Source: an uncultured Bacteroidales bacterium
GTDB taxonomy: Bacteria > Bacteroidota > Bacteroidia > Bacteroidales > UBA10428
Direction: 5' to 3'
NCBI GenBank assembly: GCA_964534745.1
Contig: CAZHQW010000004.1
Span: 25,376-89,375 of the forward strand
DNA length: 64,000 bases
The stretch's first letter is position 1. Each line of letters begins with the position of its first letter. Positions 9,186-18,268 of this stretch are shown here, piece by piece. The translations under genes and the position numbers were made by a program. Under the pieces are notes generated by a model. That model was not told the origin of the DNA. It saw only the letters and a list, made by a program, of their open reading frames with translations, and made no database searches.

Positions 9186-9569
9186 ATGAAACTTAAGAAA
9201 GATAATTATTTACTTATTGTTGATGATTCCACTACCAATGTAGTTTTACTGGAAGCTGTCTTTGACGAGAAGGGATATAAGATTGAAACCGCCTTTAGCG
9301 CAAAAGAGGCTTTCGGAATAATCGAAAAACAAACTCCCGACCTTATTTTACTGGATTTGTTAATGCCAAAGATAAACGGATTTGATTTTCTCAGGCAGCT
9401 AAGGAGGAAGAAAGCTACAAGGGACACTCCTGTTATTGTAATTTCAGCTGCAACTGACGAAGAGAATGTCCACAGAATAATGGAAATGGGAGCAGTTGAT
9501 TTCATTAAAAAGCCTATTGATCTTGACTATCTGGTAGAGAAGGTTGAATCTGTCTTAATCAAGAAGTGA
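9186..9569 (+). CDS. single-domain response regulator (REC)
   Basis: IVDD, ILLDLLMPKING, ISA, KKP. Confidence 0.92.
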   Translation: MKLKKDNYLLIVDDSTTNVVLLEAVFDEKGYKIETAFSAKEAFGIIEKQTPDLILLDLLMPKINGFDFLRQLRRKKATRDTPVIVISAATDEENVHRIMEMGAVDFIKKPIDLDYLVEKVESVLIKK

Positions 9570-9637
9570 TTGATAGCCCCTATATCAGCTGTTAATATTA
9601 ATATTCCTTTCATCCCCGCATAATTGAATTTAATCAT

Positions 9638-9645
9638 TACCTTTG
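9638..9645 (+). promoter_or_regulatory. Bacteroidota -7 promoter box
   Basis: TACCTTTG upstream of REC gene 9708. Confidence 0.55.
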
Positions 9646-9707
9646 GTTAGTTCCCCTAATAAAAACAACTATACCCAGCGAATTTCGTTATATATTAATA
9701 ACAAATT

Positions 9708-10082
9708 ATGGGCAAAATGAAAAGGGTCTTAATAGTTGATGACAACATGATGATGCGCAGGCTTATCAGAAATGTCTTCAGAAATGAGAGATTTGATATT
9801 ATGGAGGCAAAGAACGGAATGGAGGGCCTTCATCTTGCCAACCAGAACTCCTTTGACGTTGTAATAACCGATATAGTTATGCCTGAAATGGAAGGTATTC
9901 AGTTCATAATTGAACTGAGAAAGATTGCACCCCGAATAAAAATAGTGGCAATATCAGGAGGCAGGCCCTACTATCTTTATGTGGCTAAAAAGCTCGGAAT
10001 AGAAGCCATATTTACGAAACCCCTGAATCATCTTGAATTCGTAAATACAGTGAAAAAGATTGCATACAACCACCAGTCATAA
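9708..10082 (+). CDS. single-domain response regulator (REC)
   Basis: IVDD, VITDIVMPEMEG, ISGG, TKP. Confidence 0.92.
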   Translation: MGKMKRVLIVDDNMMMRRLIRNVFRNERFDIMEAKNGMEGLHLANQNSFDVVITDIVMPEMEGIQFIIELRKIAPRIKIVAISGGRPYYLYVAKKLGIEAIFTKPLNHLEFVNTVKKIAYNHQS

Positions 10083-10239
10083 TTCCACAAAAAATCATAT
10101 TGTTAATACAAGCTTCCAAGGTTTAATAAAAAACCGCAGCTTGTTCAATAAAGTTTTATTAAAAATATTATTTTAAAGAAATATTAATTATTTTTAGATA
10201 TAGTCTTTCTGTATTTAAAAGTTATTTAATATTGTCCTC

Positions 10240-12504
10240 ATGGAAAATAAAAAAGAGTCCATTGTCCAATTAACAATTCTGGCTATTATTATTTCTTTGC
10301 TTTTTCCTGTTGCAGCGATATTTATTGATATAATACTCCACGAGAGTTTTTCCTATACTTTGAGTGACTTTATGCGCCTTTATGCTGAAAATCCCATACA
10401 GTACATTATTTTATCGCTTGTAATTATTATTCCCGTGGTCACCTTCTTTTCCATAAGGTATTTTTCAAAAATCATGGATAAGAAGCAGAAAATTATCGAT
10501 TCCGAAAAACACAAGACAAAAAGAATAGAAGAGTTTACAAAAAAACTGATACAGGAAGATTTTTCGCATGATTTCGAAAGTGATAAGGACGATAGTCTTG
10601 GAAAATCATTACTGAATCTAAGGGACAAGTTAAAGGGAAATAAAGAGACCGACCTAAAGAGAAGAAAGGAAGATGAACAAAGGAACTGGACTGCAGAGGG
10701 ACTGGCAAAGTTTGGAGATATACTCAGAAATGAGATAGACAACGTTGAATCACTGTCATTCAGTATTATCAAGGAGCTTACAAATTATATCGATGCAACG
10801 CAGGGAGGGTTTTATCTGCTTAAAAACAGCGACGGCAAGGAGAAGTTTTTTGACATGACAGCGTTCTTTGCCTATGACCGCAAAAAGTTCGCCAATAAAC
10901 AAATCGCCTGGGGTGACGGATTGATAGGTACAAGTGCGGCAGAGAAAAAGTCAATATATGTAACCGATGTTCCCGAGGACTATGTTAGTGTAACATCCGG
11001 ATTGGGATACACAAATCCCAAGTCAATACTGGTTGTTCCATTGATAAAAGATGACAATATTTTCGGAGTTATTGAATTCGCTTCTTTGAATAAAATTGAA
11101 TCCTACCAGCTTGATTTTGTTGAAAAGGTAGCGGAGAATATCGCCTCGACATTATCAATGGCTGAAATAAGCATAAAAACAACCAGGCTGCTTGAGGAAA
11201 CAAAAGCCCAAGCCCAGGCCCTTACCTCACAGGAAGAAGAGATGAGACAGAACATGGAAGAATTACAGGCCACCCAGGAAGAAGCGACAAGACAGGCAGA
11301 AAAGTTTGTGCTTATGGAAAACACGGTAAATCATACCATGATTCGCGCCGAATATGATAAGGAAGGCTACCTTTTGTATGCAAATACCAAGTTTCTCAAT
11401 AAGCTGGGGTATTCAATGACAGAAGAAGTGGAAGGAAAACATATAACTGAATTCATCGGCAAAAAAGACAGGGAATGGTTTAAGGAAATATGGGATAACC
11501 TTGCCAAGGGAGGCAGGCACTTTGAAGGATATATGAAACATATAACAAAGGCAGGAAAGGACCTCTGGACGATGGCGACATATACCTGCATAAGACTTGA
11601 TAATGGTCAGGTGGACAAGATCCTTTTTCTAGCCCTTGATACTACAGAACATAAAAATCTCAGCCTTAAGATGGAAGGTATAATTGAATCGGTGAACCGC
11701 TCAGGTATTAAGATCGAATTTGATATAAACGGTAATATTGCTGATTACAATGAATCATTTCAACATCTGTTCAAATATACTAACACAGATATTACATCCC
11801 TTTCTGTGTTTGATCTTATAAATCCGCTTGAGCTTGAGAGTTTTAACAAAAAGTGGGAAACTGTAATCAAGGGGGTCGGATTCCAGGGACAGTTCAAGGT
11901 TAAAACCAAAAATGACGAGGAAAGATGGATAAGGGGAGCTTTCAGCGTAATATACGACATGTACGGCGATGTAGATAAGATCTTCTTTATCGGCCAGGAT
12001 ATTACAAATGAAAAGAAGATGGAATTAAACCTTAGAGAACAGACTGAAATACTTAGAAACCAGGAAAAGCTGTTGCGTGAATCCAAAAAGGAACTGACAA
12101 GGAAACTGAGGGAAGAAAAGCTTGAAATGAAAAACCAGTATAGTGCAATCGAGAAAGTTAAAAACAGGAATGAAAAGACCCTTGAGGAATTACCGGATGC
12201 AGTAGTGACTATTGGAAGCGATAATAAAATAGTATTCTTTAATAAAGCTGCAGAGAAATTGTGGGGTTATGGCAGAAGTGAGGTCCTCAACCAGGATGTT
12301 GGCATTTTATTCTCAGAAAAGACAATTGACGTGGATGAATTTGTGGCAGCTATTGTTGGACCCGGTGATAATAAGATTATTAATAAAAGGAAAAAAACAA
12401 AGGTACTAACCAAAGACAGGAAAGAAAGGGAAGTAACGATTCTGCTGGCAAGAGCCAGGCTTGAAGACGAGACAACATACACAGCCTTCATAAATTATAT
12501 TTAA
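10240..12504 (+). CDS. membrane sensor: 2 TM, HAMP-like, GAF, coiled coil, three PAS; no output domain
   Basis: Two hydrophobic helices; NW..EGLAKF..ILR GAF start; EEMRQNMEELQATQEE coil; PAS motifs (LYAN..FL, DITNEK, FFNKAAEKLWGY). Confidence 0.8.
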   Translation: MENKKESIVQLTILAIIISLLFPVAAIFIDIILHESFSYTLSDFMRLYAENPIQYIILSLVIIIPVVTFFSIRYFSKIMDKKQKIIDSEKHKTKRIEEFTKKLIQEDFSHDFESDKDDSLGKSLLNLRDKLKGNKETDLKRRKEDEQRNWTAEGLAKFGDILRNEIDNVESLSFSIIKELTNYIDATQGGFYLLKNSDGKEKFFDMTAFFAYDRKKFANKQIAWGDGLIGTSAAEKKSIYVTDVPEDYVSVTSGLGYTNPKSILVVPLIKDDNIFGVIEFASLNKIESYQLDFVEKVAENIASTLSMAEISIKTTRLLEETKAQAQALTSQEEEMRQNMEELQATQEEATRQAEKFVLMENTVNHTMIRAEYDKEGYLLYANTKFLNKLGYSMTEEVEGKHITEFIGKKDREWFKEIWDNLAKGGRHFEGYMKHITKAGKDLWTMATYTCIRLDNGQVDKILFLALDTTEHKNLSLKMEGIIESVNRSGIKIEFDINGNIADYNESFQHLFKYTNTDITSLSVFDLINPLELESFNKKWETVIKGVGFQGQFKVKTKNDEERWIRGAFSVIYDMYGDVDKIFFIGQDITNEKKMELNLREQTEILRNQEKLLRESKKELTRKLREEKLEMKNQYSAIEKVKNRNEKTLEELPDAVVTIGSDNKIVFFNKAAEKLWGYGRSEVLNQDVGILFSEKTIDVDEFVAAIVGPGDNKIINKRKKTKVLTKDRKEREVTILLARARLEDETTYTAFINYI

Positions 12505-12550
12505 AAAGGATTTTCTGCAGAATGCATAGGCCCGGAAAAAAAAGCGGATA

Positions 12551-14107
12551 ATGCAAAAGAAAGATGATTATTGTTACCAGCTATTAAAAGTCCTTGAACT
12601 TGAGAATATTGGATACTGGACAAAAGAAAAGGACAGTGATATAATGCATTTTTCTGAAATGGCGGCGCAAATAATAGGTCTTATGACCGGTGATTTATCC
12701 ATGAAGTTGAATGATTTCCTTGGCAATGTCTATTCAGAAGACAGGCACACCCTTGAGCATTACATTAATGAGCTGCCCGGGGGAAAAGATTTCACCGAGT
12801 GCATCTTTAAGATGATGAGGTTTAATTCGGAAACCAAAGAAGTTATAAATTTATCAACGCGCATAACGAATATCTATGGTTATGACAGCAAGAACCTCCT
12901 TATATTAGGTACTATATCAGACATTACGAAACAGGAAAAACTCAAAAGGGAAGCCCTGAGGATAAAAGAGAAAGCTGAAGAGCTTTACATGCAAAAGAAC
13001 ATATTCCTTGCTAATATCTCACATGAGATAAGGACCCCTATGAACTCGATTGTAGGTTTCTCGGAACTGCTGAATATAGGTAATCTTGATGCCCGCACCC
13101 GCAATGAATACTTTAGAATAATTAAACATCAGGGCCTTCAATTGCAAAAGCTGGTAGATGATATTTCCGAACTGGCAAAATATGAAACAGGCGAGCTGAA
13201 AATCAATAAATCACCATGCAACTTCAATTTATTAATTAACGAGTTATTAATCAGTTTTAACCATCATAAATCCAAACTTAACAAGGATAATGTCACAATA
13301 AAGATTAGTCTGCCGCACAGCGAGGAAATAATAGGGTACACAGATTCGGGAAGGATAACCCAGATATTGTCAAATCTGATAAATACCTCCTTGTATTTCA
13401 CTGACAGGGGAATAATAGAAATAGGTTATTACAAGGCTGATGATAAAAAGTTAATATTCTATGTTAAGGACACGGGAGCCGGTTTTACGGCAGATGAACA
13501 GAAGTATATATTTGACAGACTCTCACAGGTTGAGGAAACGATTATAAAAAAATTTGAGGGACTGGGATTAAGCCTTACCATTTCCAAAGGTCTCGTTAAA
13601 CTGATGGGTGGCAAAATATGGCTGGAATCAGAGCCAGGTTCTGGTACAACATACTACTTTCAGATACCTTATGAGGAACTCCCTCACGATGATACGCCGG
13701 AAGAAATTGAAGAAGCTCCTGTCCTGTCGCAATACAGCTGGAAAGACAGAATAATTATTATAGTTGAGGATGATGAGATAAATTACAGGTTTCTTGAAGC
13801 TGTGCTCCATAACACTGATGCGCGGATCATACATGCCGATAACGGATACCAGGCCATTGACCTTTGCAAATCGATAAATAAGATCGATTTGATACTTATG
13901 GATCTTAAACTGCCTGATATTAGCGGCTTTGATGCAACACTCGAGATCAGGAAGATAAATAAGGACATACCTGTCATAGCACAGACAGCCCTTGTGCTTA
14001 AGGAGGAAAAAGAGAAATGCCTCAAGGCAGGTTGCAATGACATCATTACCAAGCCCATTGAAATAGGTAAGCTTCTCAGACTTATAAACAAATATCTTAG
14101 TGAATAG
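12551..14107 (+). CDS. cytoplasmic hybrid histidine kinase-receiver with degenerate ATP-binding motifs
   Basis: H-box FLANISHEIRTPMN, G1 DTGAG, REC ILMDLKLP...KP; N-box reads NLINTSLYFT and G2 reads GLGLS. Confidence 0.85.
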   Translation: MQKKDDYCYQLLKVLELENIGYWTKEKDSDIMHFSEMAAQIIGLMTGDLSMKLNDFLGNVYSEDRHTLEHYINELPGGKDFTECIFKMMRFNSETKEVINLSTRITNIYGYDSKNLLILGTISDITKQEKLKREALRIKEKAEELYMQKNIFLANISHEIRTPMNSIVGFSELLNIGNLDARTRNEYFRIIKHQGLQLQKLVDDISELAKYETGELKINKSPCNFNLLINELLISFNHHKSKLNKDNVTIKISLPHSEEIIGYTDSGRITQILSNLINTSLYFTDRGIIEIGYYKADDKKLIFYVKDTGAGFTADEQKYIFDRLSQVEETIIKKFEGLGLSLTISKGLVKLMGGKIWLESEPGSGTTYYFQIPYEELPHDDTPEEIEEAPVLSQYSWKDRIIIIVEDDEINYRFLEAVLHNTDARIIHADNGYQAIDLCKSINKIDLILMDLKLPDISGFDATLEIRKINKDIPVIAQTALVLKEEKEKCLKAGCNDIITKPIEIGKLLRLINKYLSE

Positions 14108-14492
14108 CCCTTTGCCGCACCTTTGCTCTTCTTATGTAGTCCCTGATATTTAAATATATTGAAATTGCAAATGCTGCGAGGAATGAAACAAGAGTGACAG
14201 TATTTATAAAACGGGGGTCAAAGTCCAGTCCGCTTAGCCTGTCTGCCAGATATTTTACGTATGAATCAGGCAGTCCGGTATGACCCATCTTTACAAGTAT
14301 CTTGAAATGCCAGTCAGTGAGAGGGCAGTAACCCATTCCGCAGAAAATGCCCAGAATAAACCAGGATGCACAGGTCAGGGAAAGGGTTATTAGATTAAGC
14401 TTCCTGGTTTTTCTGAAAATCCAGCCGAACAAATTAAAGAATATTAAAAGTGTATGAAATGTTATAAAGAAAAAATCAACTAATTTTAGCAT
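14097..14492 (-). CDS. DUF2784 family membrane protein
   Basis: FH...F.LFGW, GYCPLTDW motif, three TM segments. Confidence 0.75.
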   Translation of the reverse strand: MLKLVDFFFITFHTLLIFFNLFGWIFRKTRKLNLITLSLTCASWFILGIFCGMGYCPLTDWHFKILVKMGHTGLPDSYVKYLADRLSGLDFDPRFINTVTLVSFLAAFAISIYLNIRDYIRRAKVRQRAIH

Positions 14493-14498
14493 GGTAAT

Positions 14499-14780
14499 AT
14501 GCAGGTTTTAATGATACATAAAGATATTCAAATATTCGGAATGGTTCAGGGTGTCGGATTCAGATATTCGGCCAGGCATGCCGCAATAAATTACGGCATT
14601 AAAGGCTATGTGAGGAATATGCCTGACGGCAGTGTTTATATTGAAGCTGAGGGACAGGAACAGAATATGGCCGAATTTATTAAATGGTGCAGGAAAGGAC
14701 CCGGCTCAGCATATATCGAAAACATAAATGTCGAAGAGGGCGCAATGAAGAATTTTGAACTCTTTGATATCAGGTTTTAA
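14499..14780 (+). CDS. acyP: acylphosphatase
   Basis: G.VQGVGFR, GYVRN.PDGSV.I.AEG, GP; start may be ATG 14511. Confidence 0.92.
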   Translation: MQVLMIHKDIQIFGMVQGVGFRYSARHAAINYGIKGYVRNMPDGSVYIEAEGQEQNMAEFIKWCRKGPGSAYIENINVEEGAMKNFELFDIRF

Positions 14781-16476
14781 CATTCTTCATAAATAATGAC
14801 CTCACTCCGCTCACAAGCATCCACAGCGTAAGCAGAAGCACAAGAACGGCAATAACAAGAAGTATCGCAGATCCTTTTTTTTCTATGACACCGGGTTTCA
14901 GTAAACCAAGCACATTATTTATCATGGCCCACACGGTAGTTATAAGCACAAACAACATGGGAATAAAGGCAACAAGGTAATTTTTCCCTTTATGATAAAG
15001 GTAGATGCTTATTATTCCGAGTCCGAGTGCGGCAAGAAGCTGGTTCAGTGCGCCAAAGATAAGCCAAAGCCTGAGTGCCTCTTTGGCTGTAATCTGAAAG
15101 TATATTATAATGGCTGCAAGCAAAACAACAATAAATGTCGCAAAGTACCTGCTTCTTATGGGCCTGATCACTGTTCCCGCCTTAGTCTTGAAAATTTCCT
15201 GGAGGGAGAGCCTTTGTATCCTTGTAGCCGAGTCAAGGGTAGTATTGGCAAAGCTCACAACAAATACAACTATTAGTACGGTGCCAAACTCTTTATGAAT
15301 ACCTATACTTGATAACAGATTAGAAGCACCATCAACGAAAGCTGCAATTTTGGGACTTATGTCTATTCCACTGGCAATTCTGCTCCAGGTCGAATAATGG
15401 TCGTAGAATGCCCCTTTCCCCAATCCCCCGACAACAGCAATGATAACAAGGACGGCAAGAAATCCTTCAAGTATCATCCCCCCGTAACCGATCAATACGG
15501 AGTCTTTTTCTTTATCTACCTGCTTTACAGTAGTACCGGAGCTGGCCAGGGAATGAAAACCGGAAATGGCGCCACAGGCAATGGTAATGAATAACATGGG
15601 CATCAGTCCGGGTAAATTCGGGTCAGTATCATGTACAACACGATTAATTGCAGGTGCATCAATAGCAGGATGGGCAATTATTGTTCCTGCCACCAGCAGT
15701 ATCATAGCTATTATCAGCTGGTGGGAATTTATATAATCTCTTGGCTGCAAAAGTTTATTTACGGGCACCGTTGAAGCAAAGAACACATATATAAGTATAA
15801 TCAAGCCCCATAACAGCTTCCTGTTCACCGGGTTACCAATAAATGCAAATTCGATCTCAATATAAGGACCTGCAATAATGGATAAATACATTAGTGCCAC
15901 TGCTATTATTGAATACAATAACTCATTCCCTCCCCTTCTTATCTGCCATCCCAGCCATACGGCCACAGGTATCTGAAACCAGACGGGAAATACCGATGCA
16001 GGGTATTCAACAAAAAGTGTAGCCACAATAATAGCAAAAAGTGCCAGGACCATCCACAATAAAAACTGGATGAGAAACTGGAATGCATAGCGGGTTGAAT
16101 TATTGACAATATTTCCTGTAAGGTCGCCTATCGACTTACCCTGGTTTCTTGCAGATATTACAAGAGTGGCAAAATCATGTACTCCTCCCATAAATATTGA
16201 GCCGAAGAAAACCCAGAGAAAAGCCGGCAACCAGCCCCAGATCACTCCTATTGCCGGACCGACAATAGGACCTATTCCGGCAATTGTTGTAAAATGATGC
16301 CCGAAGACTATACTTCTTTTAGTCGGCATAAAATCAACACCATCCCTGAACTGGTGTGCAGGCATTTTGTTTTTATCTGAAACACCCAGTATTTTTCCGG
16401 CTATGTATCTTCCATATGTTCTGTAAGCAACTATATAGCCTGCAAAGGCCAGAACCATAAGCACAACAGTGTTCAT
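14770..16476 (-). CDS. cstA: carbon starvation protein A (peptide/pyruvate transporter family)
   Basis: FGHHFTTIAGIGPIVGP, GGVHDF, TIACGAISGFH, TTLDSATR. Confidence 0.92.
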   Translation of the reverse strand: MNTVVLMVLAFAGYIVAYRTYGRYIAGKILGVSDKNKMPAHQFRDGVDFMPTKRSIVFGHHFTTIAGIGPIVGPAIGVIWGWLPAFLWVFFGSIFMGGVHDFATLVISARNQGKSIGDLTGNIVNNSTRYAFQFLIQFLLWMVLALFAIIVATLFVEYPASVFPVWFQIPVAVWLGWQIRRGGNELLYSIIAVALMYLSIIAGPYIEIEFAFIGNPVNRKLLWGLIILIYVFFASTVPVNKLLQPRDYINSHQLIIAMILLVAGTIIAHPAIDAPAINRVVHDTDPNLPGLMPMLFITIACGAISGFHSLASSGTTVKQVDKEKDSVLIGYGGMILEGFLAVLVIIAVVGGLGKGAFYDHYSTWSRIASGIDISPKIAAFVDGASNLLSSIGIHKEFGTVLIVVFVVSFANTTLDSATRIQRLSLQEIFKTKAGTVIRPIRSRYFATFIVVLLAAIIIYFQITAKEALRLWLIFGALNQLLAALGLGIISIYLYHKGKNYLVAFIPMLFVLITTVWAMINNVLGLLKPGVIEKKGSAILLVIAVLVLLLTLWMLVSGVRSLFMKNVKT

Positions 16477-16704
16477 TTCACCAGTATTTGAAATACAACT
16501 TTGTTAGTAATAAATTATTAATAGAAAATTAAAAATAGTAACTTTAATTAATATTTAATTAATTACATTATATAATTAACAGTATAAATAAAAACAATAA
16601 TAAAAAAAATATTGTTTAAACTATTGAATATTAACACCATAACTATTATATTTACATCAGTATTATAAGCTGGGCACAACAATCTTCTTTTAATAATTCC
16701 GGAC

Positions 16705-17520
16705 ATGAAAGAAACAAAAAGAACCATACTCATCCCCTATGATTTCACCATGCTTTCAGATTGCGCGCTTGAACATGGTGTACAAATTGGCAGACTGCTG
16801 GACAGCGACATAACTCTGCTCAATATAATTGACAATCTGAAAGATGAAGTACATGTAAAGGATAGGCTCACTGAGAAGGCCAAAGAAGCACAGAAAGAGT
16901 TTCATATACTGCCCAAGGTAATGGTCAGGCCGGGAAAGGTGTCGCAGGCAATAAAAGACGTGGCAACAAACATTAACGCGGACCTTGTGATAATGAAAAC
17001 AAGCGGGCCAAAAGGCATTCAGAGGTTTACCGGAAGCAGGGCAATAAAAGTGATGTATGGTTCAAAGATTCCCTTTATAGTTATACAGGCACCGCCAAAA
17101 CGGGAGATTATCAAACAGGTTATTGTCCCTATTGATTTCAGGTTCGAGAACAAGGAAAAACTAAAATGGATTAATTTCCTGACAAAGATCTATACTCCCA
17201 GTGTTTATCTTTTCCGCCCTAATGTTTCTGATTACAGGATAAGGAACAACCTGAAATTTGCCACCAATTTTCTTGAAGGAAGAAATATAGGATTTGAGCT
17301 TGTTCACGCCCGGGGCAAGAAATCCTTTGTGGAAGAAGCTATTGACTTTTCAAACTTCATAGATGCGGATCTGTTAATTATCATGCTAAGCCGCTCTATT
17401 ACGCTGGGTAAGATCCTTTTTGGCCTGAATGACCAGAAATATATAACCAATAAATACAAAGTACCTGTAATGTGCCTCAATCCGCGGACAGATTTAAGGA
17501 AGTTTGCAGGATTCAGATAA
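16705..17520 (+). CDS. universal stress protein (tandem USP domains)
   Basis: ILIPYDFT, ADLVIM, GSRA, IVPIDF, second ADLLII. Confidence 0.85.
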   Translation: MKETKRTILIPYDFTMLSDCALEHGVQIGRLLDSDITLLNIIDNLKDEVHVKDRLTEKAKEAQKEFHILPKVMVRPGKVSQAIKDVATNINADLVIMKTSGPKGIQRFTGSRAIKVMYGSKIPFIVIQAPPKREIIKQVIVPIDFRFENKEKLKWINFLTKIYTPSVYLFRPNVSDYRIRNNLKFATNFLEGRNIGFELVHARGKKSFVEEAIDFSNFIDADLLIIMLSRSITLGKILFGLNDQKYITNKYKVPVMCLNPRTDLRKFAGFR

Positions 17521-18268
17521 TCTCCATGTCTTCTTTCCTGATCCATCCTACTGTACCGTCACCTATCCTTATCCTGTTCCATATGTCAAGGCTATCCTCT
17601 ATTATTATCTTTGTACCCTCATGGATTATAAACAAATCGACCCCTGACTCTGCAGGAGAGCTCTTTGCCGTCACGGTAGGAGAAATGATTATAGCAGAGT
17701 CTTTTGCTGTCAGTAGTTCTTTGCGCTTCCATGCAGAATAGAATGCAGACACAGAAATAAACAGTATTATTATCCCCAGCCAAAAAGTTAACTTCTTCAA
17801 TGCAATCCTTGCAGAAAACAAATAAACCAGAAATAATACGAGGAACAGCAAAAAGGCAGAGATGCTTATCACAGCCCATCTGTCCGGACCAGTCAAACTG
17901 ACTATATTCCTTATCCAGGTTTTTATAAAAAACTCAGGTATTATATCTATCTTATCAATAACATGGGCATTAGCCAGGGCAAGATTGTGACTGACATCAT
18001 CATCATAGGGATCAAGCTTTTTTGCCCTCTCATAATTCAGAATTGCCATTGGAATATTATTAATCTTATAATAGGCATTGCCAAGATTATAGTATAATTC
18101 CGGAGCTTTATACCCTGAATCAACGGCTTGCTCATACGCTTCAATTGCATAATAATATAATCCCTTCGCATATGAGTCATTACCGAATTTTATTACCGAG
18201 TCAGCTTCAAAAGCGAACAGGGACGACATAAGTAAGTTTATTACAACAATAGTAACTGCCTTTCTCAT
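17513..18268 (-). CDS. batE: BatE (TPR + TM + SH3)
   Basis: YYNLGNAYYK, NYERAKKL.P, HEGTK, GWI; last gene of the bat operon. Confidence 0.88.
   Translation of the reverse strand: MRKAVTIVVINLLMSSLFAFEADSVIKFGNDSYAKGLYYYAIEAYEQAVDSGYKAPELYYNLGNAYYKINNIPMAILNYERAKKLDPYDDDVSHNLALANAHVIDKIDIIPEFFIKTWIRNIVSLTGPDRWAVISISAFLLFLVLFLVYLFSARIALKKLTFWLGIIILFISVSAFYSAWKRKELLTAKDSAIIISPTVTAKSSPAESGVDLFIIHEGTKIIIEDSLDIWNRIRIGDGTVGWIRKEDMEII

Noticed and set aside
12505-12550. Frameshift or read-through fusion of the GAF/PAS sensor with the hybrid kinase (A8 run in the gap)
   Set aside because: The sensor has a TAA, and the kinase frame has a TAG at 12527-12529 upstream of its ATG; both look like complete genes
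16501-16620. About 92% AT stretch as a replication origin
   Set aside because: No DnaA-box cluster; the only TTATCCACA noticed (19595-19603) is inside batD; a divergent promoter region explains it
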